Assembly: GCA_951406725.2 (NCBI GenBank)
Contig: OX597830.1
Location: forward strand, 53,568,001 to 53,632,000
DNA length: 64,000 bases
Direction of reading: 5' to 3'
From: Octopus vulgaris
Lineage: Eukaryota
Positions 48,466 to 63,900 of this stretch are shown in pieces. Under the pieces are notes generated by a model. It searched no databases. It was not told the origin of the DNA and saw only the letters and a program-made list of their open reading frames with translations. Position 1 is the stretch's first letter, and each line of letters starts with the position of its first letter. The position numbers and the translations under genes were made by a program.

Positions 48466-51400
48466 AGTTATTCAAAAAAATTAATTAAAAACAATAACTA
48501 AAAAAATTAAATCAAAAAATTAATTAAGAAAAATTAATAAAAAAAATTAATTAAAAAAAATTATAAAAAAAAATTAATTAAAAAAATTAATTAACAAAAA
48601 ATTAATTAAAACAAATTTATAAAAAAAAAATTAATGAAAAAAAATTAATAAACAAAAAAATTAATCAAAAAATATGAATTAAAAAAATAATTAAAAAAAA
48701 TTAATTAATAAGGATTATTTAAAAAAAATTAATAAAAAATTTTTTAAAAAAATTATTTCAAAAAAATTATTGAAAAAAAAGATTATTTAAAAAACAAATA
48801 ATAAAAAAATTAAATAATAAAATAATTAAAAAAATAATTAAAAAAATTAATTACCAAAACAAATTAATTAAAAACAAATTAATTAAAAAAAATTAATTAA
48901 AAAATAAATTAAAAGAATTATTTAAAAAAAAATTAATAAAAAAAGATTTTAAAAAAAGAAAAGTAATTGAAAAAAAATTATTAAAAAAAATTATTAAAAA
49001 AAATTATTAAAAAAAATTAATTACGAAACAAAAATATTAATTAAAAAAAATTACTCACAAAAAATTAATTAAAAAAAAACAAAAAAAATTGTTTAAAAAT
49101 TTATGTAAAAAATAAATTTAAAAAAATAATTAAAAAAATAATTAAAAAAATTAAATAATAATTAAAAAAATTTAAAACAAATTAAAATTAAAAAAAATTA
49201 TTAAAAAAATTAATTAAAAAAAATTAATTAAAAAAAAATTGAAAAAAAATAAAAAAATAATTAAATAATTAATTACCAAAACAAAATAATTAAATAAATA
49301 ATTAAAAAAATTAATTTAAAAAAAATTAATTAAAAAAATTAATTAAAAAAATTAATCAAAAAATATTAATTAAAAAAATTAATTAAAAAAAATTATTACC
49401 AAAAAAAGATTTTAAAAAATAAATTAAAATAAATAAAAAAAAAAATAATTAAAATGAAAATTAATTAAAAAAAAATTATGAAAAAAATAATTAAAAAAAA
49501 TTAATTAATAAAATTATTTAAAAAAATTAATAAAAAATTTTTAAAAAAATTATTTCAAAAAAATTATTTAAAAAAAAGATTATTTAAAAAACAAATAATA
49601 AAAAAATTAAATAAAAAAATAATTAAAAAAATAATTAAAAAAATTAATTACCAAAAAAATTAATTAAAAAATATTACTTAAAATAAATTAAAAAATTATT
49701 TAAAAAAAATTACTAAAAAAGATTTTAAAAATTTTTTAATTAAAAAAATTAATTAAAAAAAAAATTACGAAACAAAAATAAAATTAATTAAAAATAATTA
49801 CCAAAAAATTAATTAAAAAAAAACAAAAAAAATTATTTAAAAATTTATGTAAAAAATTAATTAAAAAAATTAATTAAAAAAATTATTAAAAAAATTAAAT
49901 AACAAAAAAAAATTTAAAACAAATTCATTAAAAAAAAATTATTGAAAAAAAATTAATTAAAAAAAAATTAATTAAAAAAAAATTGAAAAAAAATAAAAAA
50001 ATAATTAAATAATTAATTAAAAAAAAAAAAAAAATAATTAAAAAAATTAATTACTAAAAAAAATTAATTAAAAAATATTAATTAAAAAAAATTAATCAAA
50101 AAATATTAATTAAAAGAATTATTAAAAAAAATTATTAAAAAGATTTTTAAAAAAAGATTTTTAAAAATAAATTAAAATAAATAAATAAAAAAATAATTAA
50201 AATGAAAATTAATTAAAAAAAATTATGAAAAAAAATAATTAAAAAAAAATTATGAAAAAAAATTATTAAAAAAAATTAATTACAAAAAAATTATTTAAAA
50301 AAAAAATGTTAATTTTTTTCAATTAATTTTTTTTTATATTTTAATTATTAAAAACTTTTTAAATTTAAAAAAAAAATTTTTTTTTAAATTTTTTTTTGGT
50401 AATTAATTTTTTTTCGTAATAAATTTTCTTTATTAATTTTTTTTTCATAAATTTTATTTTTTCTGAAATAATTTTTTTTGAACTGATTTTTTTTTAATTA
50501 TTTTTTAAAAATAATTTTTAAAATAATTTTTTACAATTAATTTTTAAAAAATTATTTTAATTATTTTTAATTATTTTTTGAAATCTTTTTTAATAATTTT
50601 TTAAATAATAAATTTTTTTTAATTAGTTTTTTTTAATTAATATTTTTTAATTAATTATTTTGTTAATTAATTTTTTTAAATTGTTTTTTAAAATAATTTT
50701 TTAAAATTAATTTTTTAATTTTTTTTTTCAATAATTTTATTTGAATTAATTTTTAAAAAAACATTTTGTTATTTTTTTTTAATAATCCTTTTAAATTAAT
50801 TTTTTAAAATTATTTTTCTTAATTCATTTTTTAATTTTTTTTGTTAATTAATTTTTTAAATATTGTAAAATTTTTAAAATTATTTTTCTTTAATAATTTG
50901 TTTTAATTAATTTTTTGTTAATTAATTATTTTTTTTAATATTTTTAATAAATTTTTTTAAACAATTTTGTTTGTTGATTTTTAATTAATATTTTTTTGTA
51001 ATTAAATTTTTTTAATTAAAACTTTTTAATAATTTTTTATTTATTTTCTTTAATTAATATATTTTAATTAATTTTTTGGTAATTAATTTTTTAATTAATT
51101 TTTTATTTATTTTCTTTAATTAATTTTTTAATTATTTGTTTTTTAATTAATCTTTTTTTTCAATAAATTTTTTTGAATTAATTTAAAAAAAATTTTTTAT
51201 TATTTTATTTTATTAATTTTTAAAAAATAATCATTTTTAATTAATTATTTTTAAATTCATATTTTTTAATTAATTTTTTTTTCATTAATTTTTTTTTAAT
51301 AAATTTGTTTTAATTAATTTTTTGTTAAATAATTTTTTTAATTAATTTTTTAAAATAATTTTTTGTCAATTAATTTTTTTTTTTAATTAATATTTTTGAT

Positions 51401-54400
51401 AAATTTTTTTTAACCAATTTTTTTTTGTTTTTTTAAAATTTTTTTGTAATTAATATTTTTTAATTAATATTTTTCTTACGTAATCAATTTTTTTAAATAA
51501 TTTCTTTTCATAATTTTTTTTTAATTATTCTTTTTCATAATTTTTTTTCAATTAATTTTCTTTTTAATTATTTTATTTATTTTTTTTTAATTAATTTTTA
51601 AAAATCTTTTTTTAATTATTTGTTTTTTAAATAATCTTTTTTTCAATAATTTTTTAAAATTAATTTTTAAAAAAACTTTTTAAAAATCCTTTTTAATTAA
51701 TTTTTTTTTTATTTTTTAAATTCATATTTTTTAATTAATTTTTTTTGTTAATTTTTTTAATTAATTTTATTTTCAATAATTTTTTTATTGATTCTATTTA
51801 TAGATTCTATTTATAGATGCTATTTATAGATTCTATTTATAGATTCTATTTATAGATTCTATTTATAGATTCTATTTTGATAAATTTATTTATAGATTCT
51901 ATTTATAGATTCTATTTATATTCTATTTATAGATGCTATTTATAGAATCTATTTATAGATTCTATTTATAGATTCTATTTATAGATTCTATTTTAATAAA
52001 TTTATTTATAGATTCTATTTATAGATTCTATTTATAGATGCTATTTATAGATTCTATTTATAGATTCTATTTATAGATTCTATTTATAGATTCTATTTAT
52101 ATATTCTATTTAAAGATTCTATATATAGATTCTATTTATTTATTTATTTATTTATTAATAGATTCAATTTATAGATTCTATTTATAGATTATATTTATTT
52201 TTTTATTTATTTATTTATAGATTCTATTTATAGATTCTATTTATAGATACGATTTATAGATTCTATTTATAGCTTCTATTTATAGCTTATATTTATTTAT
52301 TTATTTATTTATTTATAGATTCTATTTATAGATTCTATTTATAGCTTCTATTTATTTATTTATTTATTTATTTATAGATTCTATTTATAGATTCTATTTA
52401 TAGATTCTATTTATAGATTCTATTTATATATTTATTTATTTATAGATAATATTTATAGATTCTATTTATAGATTCTATTTATAGCTTCTATTTATAGCTT
52501 CTATTTATAGATTCTATTTATTTATCTATCTATTTATTTATTTATTTATAGATTATATTTATACATTCTATTTATAGATTCTATTTATAGATACTATTTA
52601 TAGATTCTATTTATAGATTCTATTTATAGATTCTATGTATAGATTCTATTTATAGATTCTATTTATAGATACTTTTTTTTATTTATTTATTTATTTATAG
52701 ATTCTATTTATAGATTCTGTTTATAGATTCTATTTATAGATTCTATTTATAGATTCTATGTATTTATTTATTTATTTATAGCTTCTATTTATAGCTTCTA
52801 TTTATAGCTTCTATTTATAGCTTCTATTTATAGATTCTATTTATTTATCTATTTATTTATTTATTTATTTATTTATAGATTATATTTATAGATTCTATTT
52901 ATAGATTCTATTTATAGATACTATTTATAGATTCTATTTATAGATTCTATTTATAGATTCTATTTATAGATTCTATTTATAGATTCTATTTATTTATTTA
53001 TTTATTTATTTATAGATTCTATTTATAGATTCTATTTAGAGATTCTATTTATAGATTCTATTTATAGATTCTATAAATAGAATCTATAAATAGAATCTAT
53101 AGATAAATAAATAAATAAATAAATAAATAAATACTAAGAATCTATAAATAGAATCTATAAATAGAATCTATAAATAGAATCTATAAATAGAATCTATAAA
53201 TAGAATCTATAAATAAATAAATAAATAGTATCTATAAATAGAATCTATAAATAGAATCTATAAAAAAATAAATAAATAAATAAATAAATAAATAGAATCT
53301 ATAAATAGAATCTATAAATAGAATCTATAAATAGAATCTATAAATAGTATCTATAAATATTATCTATAAATAGAATCTATAAATAGCATCTATAAATAGA
53401 AGCTATAAATAAATAAATAAATAAATAAATTTATAGCTACTATTTATAGATTCTAACAAAAAATTAATTTAAACAAATTTATTAAAAAAAAAAAGTTAAT
53501 GAAAAAAAAGCATATTATATTTATAGATTCTATTTATAGATTCTATTTATAGCTTCTATTTATAGCTTCTATTTATAGATTCTATTTATAGATTCTATTT
53601 ATTTATCTATTTATTTATTTATTTATTTATAGATTCTCTTTATAGATTCTATTTATAGATTCTATTTATAGATACTATTTATAGATTCTATTTATAGATT
53701 CTATTTATTTATCTATCTATTTATTTATTTATTTATAGATTATATTTATACATTCTATTTATAGATTCTATTTATAGATACTATTTATAGATTCTATTTA
53801 TAGATTCTATTTATAGATTCTATGTATAGATTCTATTTATAGATTCTATTGATAGATACTTTTTTTTATTTATTTATTTATTTATAGATTCTATTTATAG
53901 ATTCTGTTTATAGATTCTATTTATAGATTCTATTTATAGATTCTATGTATTTATTTATTTATTTATAGCTTCTATTTATAGCTTCTATTTATAGCTTCTA
54001 TTTATAGCTTCTATTTATAGATTCTATTTATTTATCTATTTATTTATTTATTTATTTATAGATTCTATTTATAATTCTAGATTTATAGATTCTAATTTAT
54101 AGATTCTATTTTTAGATTGTATTTATAGATTCTATTTATAGATTTTATTTATTTATTTATTTATTTATTTATAGATTCTATTTATAGATTCTATAAATAG
54201 AATATATAAATAGAATCTATAAATAGAATCTATAAATAAATAAATAAATAAATAAATAAATACTAAGAATCTATAGATAGAATCTATAAATAGAATCTAT
54301 AAATAGAATCTATAAATAGAATCTATAAATAAATAAATAAATAAATAGTATCTATAAATAGAATCTATAAATAGAATCTATAAATAGAATCTATAAATAG

Positions 54401-54945
54401 AATCTATAAATAGAATCTATAAATATTATCTATAAATAGAATCTATAAATAGAATCTATAAATAGAATCTATAAATAAATAAATAAATAAATAAATAAAA
54501 AGAATCTATAAATATAATCTATAAATAGAATCTATAAATAAATAAATAAATAAATAAAAAGAATCTATAAATAGAATCTATAAGTAGAATCTATAAATAG
54601 AATCTATAAATAAATAAATAAATAAATAAATAGTATCTATAAATAGAATCTATAAATAGAATCTATAAATAGAATCTATAAATAGAATCTATAAATAAAT
54701 AAATAAATAAATAAATAGTATCTATCAATAGAATCTATAAATAGAATCTATAAATAGAATCTATAAATAAATAAATAAATAAATAAATAAATAGAATCGA
54801 TAAATAGAATCTATAAATAGAATCTATAAATAAATAAATAGTATCTATAAATAGAATCTATAAATAGAATCTATAAATAGAATCTATAAATAGAATCTAT
54901 AAATAAATAAATAAATAAATAAATAGAATCCATAAATAGAATCTA

Positions 54946-54976
<31 letters not shown>

Positions 54977-57900
54977 AAAGAATCTATAAATAGAATCTAT
55001 AAATAGAATCTATAAATAGAATCTATAAATAGAATCTATAAATAGAATCTATAAATAGAATCTATAAATAGAATCTATAAATAAATAAATAAATAAATAA
55101 ATAAATAGTATCTATAAATAGAATCTATAAATAGAATCTATAAATAGAATCTATAAATAGAATCTATAAATAGAATCTATAAATAAATAAATAAATAAAT
55201 AGTATCTATAAATAGAATCTATAAATAGAATCTATAAATAGAATCTATAAATAGAATCTATAAATAGAATCTATAAATAGAATCTATAAATAGAATCTAT
55301 AAATAAATTTATTAAAAATTTTATTGAAAAAAAATCTAATTAAAAAAATTAATTAACAAAAAAAAATTAATTAAAAAATATGAATTTAAAAAATAATAAA
55401 AAAATTAATTAAAAAGATTATTCTATAAATAGAAGCTATAAATAAATAAATAAATAAATAAATAAATTTATAGCTACTATTTATAGATTCTAACAAAAAA
55501 TTAATCAAAACAAATTTATTAAAAAAAATTAATGAAAAAAAATTAATTAAAAAAATTAATTAAAAAAAAAATTATTTAAAAAAAAATTGAAAAAAAGATA
55601 AAAAAATAATTAAATAATTAATTTGAAAAAATAAATAAATAAATAATTAAAAAAATTAATTACTAAAAAAAATTAATTAAAAAATATTAATTAAAAAAAT
55701 TAATCAAAAAATATTAATTAAAAGAAATATTTAAAAAAAATTATTAAAAAAAGATTTTTAAAAATTAATTAATATAAATAAAAAAAAATAATTAAAATGA
55801 AAATTAATTCAAAAAAAATTATGAAAGAAAATAATTAAAAAAAATTATGGAAAAAAATTATTAAAAAAAATTAATTACAAAAAAATTAATTTAAAAAAAA
55901 ATATTAATTTTTTTCAATTAATTTTTTTAAAATATTTTAATTAATATTTTTAATAAAAACTTTTTAAATTTAAAAAAAAATAATTGAACTATTTTTTTTA
56001 AAATTATTTTTTAAAAATAATTTTTTAAAATAATTTTTTTCAATTAATTTTTTAAAAATTATTTTAATTCTTTTATTATTTTTTGAAATCTTTTTTAATA
56101 ATTTTTTGAAATAATTCTTTTTAATTAATTTTTTTAATTAGTTTTTTTTAATTAATATTTTTTAATTATTTTGTTAATTAATTTTTTTAATTATTTTTTT
56201 TTAATAATTTTTAAAATTAATTTTTTTTTTCAATAATTTTATGTGAATTAATTTTTAAAAAAACATTTTAAATTAATTTTTTTTAATTATTTTTCTTAAT
56301 TCATATTTTTTAATTAATTTTTTTTTAATTTAAAAAAATTTTTTTAATTCTTTTTCTTTAATAATTTGTTTTAATTAATTTTTTGTTAATAAATTATTTT
56401 TTAAAAATATTTTTAATAAATTTTTTATTAAACTATTTTGTTTTTTGTTTTTAATTAATATTTTTGTAATTAAATATTTTAATTAATATTTTTCTTTCGT
56501 AATTAATTTTTTAAAATAATTTTCTTCATAAATTTTTTTTAATTATTTTTTTCATAATATTTTTTAATTAATTTTCTTTTTAATTATTAAAAAAATTTTT
56601 TTTATTAATATTTTAAAATAATTCTATTAATTAATTTGTTTTAATTAATATATTTTAATTAATTTTTTTGGTAATTAATTTTTTAATTACTCTTTTAATT
56701 ATTTTTTAAAATTAATTTTTTTATTAATCTTTTTTTTCAATAATTTTTTTTGAATTAATTTTAAAAAAATTTTTTATTATTTTATTTTATTAATTTTTAA
56801 AAAATAATCATTTTTAATTAATTATTTTTAAATTCATATTTTTTAATTAATTTTTTTTTCATTAATTTTTTTTTAATAAATTTGTTTTCATTAATTTTTT
56901 GTTAAATAATTTTTTAATTAATTTTTCAAAATAATTTTTTGTTAATTAATTTTTTTTTTTTTAATTAATATTTTTGATAAATTTTTTTTTAAACAATTTC
57001 TTTTTGTTTTTTTAAAATTTTTTTGTAATTAATTTTTTTTAATTAATATTTTTCTTACGTATTTAATTTTTTAAAATAATTTTTTTTCATAATTTTTTTT
57101 TAATAATTTTTTCATAATTTTTTTTCAATTAATTTTCTTTTTAATTATTTTCTTTTTTTTTTTTTAATTAATTTTTTAAAATCTTTTTTTAATAATTTTA
57201 AAATACTTTCAAATTAATTTTTTTTAATTAACATATATTTAATTAATTTTTTTTTGGTAATTAATTTTTTAATTATTTTTTTAAATTAATTTTTTAATTA
57301 TTTGTTTTTTAAATAATCTTTTTTTCAATAAGTTTTTAAAATTAATTTTTAAAAAAACTTTTTAAAAATCCTTTATAATTTTTTTTTATTTTTTTAAATT
57401 CATATTTTTTAATTAATTTTTTTTTGTTAATTAATTTTTTTAATTAGATTTATTTATAGATTCTATTTATAGATTCTATTTATAGATTCTATTTATAGAT
57501 CTATTTATAGATTCTATTTATAGATTCTATTTATAGATTCTATTTATAGATTCTATTTATAGATTCTATTTATAGATTCTATTTATAAATTCTATTTATA
57601 GATTCTATTTATTGATTCTATATTTAGATTCTATTTATAGATTCTATTTATAGATTCTACTTATAGATTCTATTTATAGATTCTATTTTAATAAATTTAT
57701 TTATAGATTCTATTTATAGATTCTATTTATAGATTCTATTTATAGATGCTATTTTATAGATTCTATTTATAGATTCTATTTATAGATTCTATTTATAGAT
57801 TCAATATATAGATTCTATTTATAGATTCTATTTATAGATTCATATTATAGATTCTATTTATAGATTCTATTTATAGATTCTATTTATAGATTCTATTTAT

Positions 57901-60900
57901 AGATTCTATTTATAGATTCTATTTATAGATTCTATTTATTTATTTATTGATTCTGTTTATAGATTCTTTTATAGATTCTATTTATAGATACTATTTATAG
58001 ATACTATTTATTTATTTATTTATTTATAGATTCTATTTATAGATTCTATTTATTGATTCTATTTATTTATTTATTTATTTATAGATTCTATTTATAGATT
58101 CTATTTATAGATTCTATTTAGAGATTCTATTTATAGATTCTATTTATAGATTCTAAAAATAGAATATATAAATAAATAAATAAATGAATAAATAAATAAA
58201 TAAATAGAATCTATTAAAAGAATCTATAAATAGAAGCTATAAATAGAATCTATAAATAGAATGTATAAAATAAATAAATAAATAAATAAATAAAGAGAAG
58301 CTATAAATAGAATCTATAAATAGAAGCTATAAATAAATAAATACATAGAATCTATAAATAGAATCTCTAAATAGAATCTATAAATAGAATCTATAAATAG
58401 AATCTATAAATAAATAAATAAATAAATAAATAGAATCTATAAATAGAATCTGTAAATAGAAGCTATAAATAAATAAATACATAGAATCTATAAATAGAAT
58501 CTCTAAATAGAATCTATAAATAGAATCTATAAATAGAATCTATATATCTATCAATAGAATCTATAAATAGAATCTATAAATAGAATCTATAAATAGAATC
58601 TATAAATAGAATCTAAAAATAGAATCTATAAATAAGTAAATAAATAAATAAATAAATAAATAAATAGAATCTATAAACAGAATGTATGAATAGAATCTAT
58701 AAATAAAAAAATAAATAAATAAATAGTATCTATAAATAGAATCTATAAATAGAATCTATAAATAGAATCTATATAAATATTATCTATAAATAGAATCTAT
58801 AAAGAAATAAATAATCTATAAATAGAATCTATAAATGAATCTATAGCTATAAATAAATAAATAAATAAATAAATAGAATCTATAAATAGAATCTATAAAT
58901 AGAATCTATAAACAGAATCTATAAATATTATCTATAAATAGAATCTATAAATAGAATCTATAAATAAATTTATTAAAATAGAATCTATAAATAGAATCTA
59001 TAAATAGAATCTATAAATAGAATCTATAAATAAATTTATTAAAAAAATTTATTGAAAAAAAAATTAATTAAAAAAAATTAATTAAAAAAAAAATTAATTA
59101 AAAAATATGAATTTAAAAAATAATAAAAAAAATTTATTAAAAAGGATTATATTTAAAAAATTATTAAAATAAAATAATAAAAATTTTTTAAAAATTAACT
59201 CTAAAAAAAATATTGAAAAAAAATTATTTCAAAAACAAACAATTAAAAAATTAATTAAAAAAATAATTAAAAAAATAATTAAAAAAATTAATTACCAACA
59301 AAAATTAATTAAAAATATGTTAATTAAAAAAAATTAATAAAAAATAATTAATTAAAAGAATTTTTCATAAAATTTTTTAATTAATTTTCTTTTTAATTAT
59401 TTTAAAAATTTTTTTTATTAATATTTTAAAAACTTTTTTAATAATTTTTTAAAATAATTCTTTTAATTAATTTCTTTTAATTATTATATTTTAATTAATT
59501 TTTTTAATTTTTTTTTTAATTAATTTTTTATTTATTTTCTTTAATTAATTTTTTAATTATTTGTTTTTTAATTAATCTTTTTTTTTCAATAAAAAAATTT
59601 TTTATTATTTTATTTTATTAATTTTTAAAAAATAATTATTTTTAATTAATTATTTTTTAATTCATATTTTTAAATTAATTTTTTTTTCATTAATTTTTTT
59701 TTAATAAATTTTATAGATTCTATTTATATATTTATTTATTTATAGATAATATTTATAGATTCTATTTATAGATTCTATTATTTTTTTTATTTATAGCTTC
59801 TATTTATAAATTCTATTTATTTATCTATCTATTTATTTATTTATTTATTTATAGATTATATTTATACATTCTATTTATAGATTCTATTTATAGATACTAT
59901 TTATAGATTCTATTTATAGATTCTATTTATAGATTCTATGTATAGATTCTATTTATAGATTCTTTTATAGATACTTTCTATTTATTTATTTATTTATTTA
60001 TAGATTCTATTTATAGATTCTGTTTATAGATTCTATTTATAGATTCTATTTATAGATTCTATGTATTTATTTATTTATTTATAGCTTCTATTTAAAGCTT
60101 CTATTTATAGATTCTATTTATTTATCTATTTATTTATTTATTTATTTATTTATAGATTATATTTATAGATTCTATTTATAGATTCTATATTTATAGATAC
60201 TATTTATAGATTCTATTTATAGATTCTATTTATAGATTCTATTTATTTATCTATTTATTTATTTATTTATTTATAGATTATATTTATAGATTCTATTTAT
60301 AGATTCTATTTATAGATAATTTTTTTAATTAATTTTTCAAAATAATTTTTTGTTAATTAATTTTTTTTTTTTAATCAATATTTTTGATAAATTTTTTTTA
60401 AACAATTTTTTTTTGTTTTTTTAAAAATTTTTTTGTAATTAATTTTTTTTAATTAATATTTTTCTTACGTAATTAATTTTTTAAAATAATTTTTTTTCAT
60501 AATTTTTTTTTAATAATTTTTTTATAATTTTTTTTCAATTAATTTTCTTTTTAATTATTTTCTTTTTTTTTTAATTAATTTTTTAAAATCTTTTTTTAAT
60601 AATTTTAAAATACTTTTAATTAATTTTTTTTAATTAACATATATTTAATTAATTTTTTTTGGTAATTAATTTTTTTAATTATTTTTTTAAATTAATTTTT
60701 TAATTATTTGTTTTTTAAATAATCTTTTTTTCAATAAGTTTTTAAAATTAATTTTTAAAAAAACTTTTTAAAAATCCTTTTTAATTTTTTTTTTTATTTT
60801 TTAAATTCATATTTTTTAATTAATTTTTTTTTGTTAATTAATTTTTTTTAATTAATTTTTTTTCAATAATTTTTTTATAGATTCTATTTATAGATTCTAT

Positions 60901-63900
60901 TTATAGATGCTATTTATAGATTCTATTTATAGATTCTATTTATAGATTCTATTTATAGATTCTATTTATAGATTCTATTTATAGATTCTATTTTGATAAA
61001 TTTATTTATAGATTCTATTTATAGATTCTATTTATAGATGCTATTTATAGAATCTATTTATAGATTCTACTTATAGATTCTATTTATAGATTCTATTTTA
61101 ATAAATTTATTTATAGATTCTATTTATAGATGCTATTTTATAGATTCTATTTATAGATTCTATTTTTATAGATTCTATTTATAGATTTTATTTATAGATT
61201 CTATTTATATATTCTATTTATAGATTCTATATATAGATTCTATTTATTTATTTATTTATTTATTAATAGATTCAATTTATAGATTATATTTATATATTCT
61301 ATTTATAGATTCTATTTATAGATTCTATTTATAGATTCTATTTATTTATTTATTTATTTATAGATTCTATTTATAGATACTATTTATTTATGTATTTATT
61401 TATTTATTTATTTATAGATTCTATTTATAGATTCTATTTATTGATTCTATTTATTTATTTATTTATTTATAGATTCTATTTATAGATTCTATTTAGAGAT
61501 TCTATTTAGAGATTCTATTTATAGATTCTATTTATAGATTCTAAAAATAGAATATATAAATAAATAAATAAATGAATAAATAAATAAATAAATAGAATCT
61601 ATTAAAAGAATCTATAAATAGAAGCTATAAATAGAATCTATAAATAGAATGTATAAAAAAATAAATAAATAAATAATTAAATAAAGAGAAGCTATAAATA
61701 GAATCTATAAATAGAAGCTATAAATAAATAAATAAATACATAGAATCTATAAATAGAATCTCTAAATAGAATCTATAAATAGAATCTATAAATAGAATCT
61801 ATAAATAAATAAATAAATAAATAAATAAAAGAATCTATAAATAGAATCTATAAATAGAATCTATAAATAGAATCTATAAATTAGAATCTATAAATAAATA
61901 AATAAATAAATAAATAGTATCTATAAATAGAATCTATCAATAGAATCTATAAATAGAATCTATAAATAGAATCTATAAATAGAATCTAAAAATAGAATCT
62001 ATAAATAAGTAAATAAATAAATAAATAAATAAATAAATAGAATCTATAAATAGAATCTATAAATAGAATCTATAAATAGAATCTATAAAATAATAAATAA
62101 TATAAATAATAGAATCTATAAATAGAATCTATAAATAGAATCTATAAATAGAATCTATAAATAGAACTATAAATAAATAAATAAATAGAATCTATAAATA
62201 GAATCTATAAATAGAATCTATAAACAGAATCTATAAATATTATCTATAAATAGAATCTATAAATAGAATCTATAAATAAATTTATTAAAATAGAATCTAT
62301 AAATAGAATCTATAAATAGAATCTATAAATAGAATTTATAAATAAATTTAAAATTTATTGAAAAAAAAATTAATTAAAAAAAATTAATTAACAAAAAAAA
62401 ATTAATTAAAAAATATGAATTTAAAAAATAATAAAAAAATTAATTAAAAAGGATTATTTTTAAAAAATTAATAAAATAAAATAATAAAAATTTTTTTAAA
62501 AATTAACTCTAAAAAAAATATTGAAAAAAGATTATTTCAAAAACAAATAATTAAAAAATTAATTAAAAAAAAATTAAAAAAATAATTAAAAAAATTAATT
62601 AAAAAAAAATTAATTAAAAATATGTTAATTAAAAAAAATTAAAAAAAATAATTAATTAAAAGAATTATTTTTTTCATAAAATTTTTTAATTAATTTTCTT
62701 TTTAATTATTTAAAAATTTTTTTTATTAATATTTTAAAAACTTTTTTAATAATTTTTTAAAATAATTCTATTAATTAATTTCTTTTAATTATTATATTTT
62801 AATTAATTTTTTTTGGTAATTAATTTTTTAATTAATTTTTTATTTATTTTCTTTAATTAATTTTTTAATTATTTGTTTTTTAATTAATCTTTTTTTTCAA
62901 TAAATTTTTTTGAATTAAGTTTAAAAAAAATCTTTTATTATTTTATTTTATTAATTTTTAAAAAATAATCATTTTTAATTAATTATTTTTAAATTCATAT
63001 TTTTTAATTAATTTTTTTTTCATTAATTTTTTTTAATAAATTTGTTTTAATTAATTTTTTGTTAAATAATTTTTTTAATTAATTTTTAAAATTTTTTTGT
63101 CAATTAATTTTTTTTTTTAATTAATATTTTTGATAAATTTTTTAACCAATTTTTTTTTGTTTTTTTTAAATTTTTTTGTAATTAATTTTTTTTAATTAAT
63201 ATTTTTCTTACGTAATTAATTTTTTTAAATAATTTCTTTTCATAATTTTTTTTTAAATATTCTTTTTCATAATTTTTTTTTCAATTAATTTTTTTTTAAT
63301 TATTTTTATTTTTTTTTAATTAATTTTTAAAAATCTTTTTTTAATTATTTGTTTTTTAAATAATCTTTTTTTCAATAATTTTTTAAATTAATTTTTAAAA
63401 AAACTTTTTTAAAAAATCCTTTTTAATTAATTTTTTTATTTTTTAAATTCATATTTTTTAATTAATTTTTTTTTGTTAATTTTTTTAATTATTTTATTTT
63501 CAATAGATTTTTTTATAGATTCTATTTATAGATAGATTGCTATTTATAGATTCTATTTATAGATTCTATTTATAGATTCTATTTATAGATTCTATTTATA
63601 GATTCTATTTTGATAAATTTATTTATAGATTCTATTTATAGATTCTATTTATAGATACTATTTATAGAATCTATTTATAGATTCTATTTATAGATTCTAT
63701 TTATAGATTCTATTTTAATAAATTTATTTATAGATTCTATTTATAGATTCTATTTATAGATGCTATTTATAGATTCTATTTATAGATTCTATTTATAGAT
63801 TCTATTTATAGATTCTATTTATATATTCTATTTATAGATTCTATTATATATATAGATTCTATTTATTTATTTATTTATTTATTAATAGATTCAATTTATA

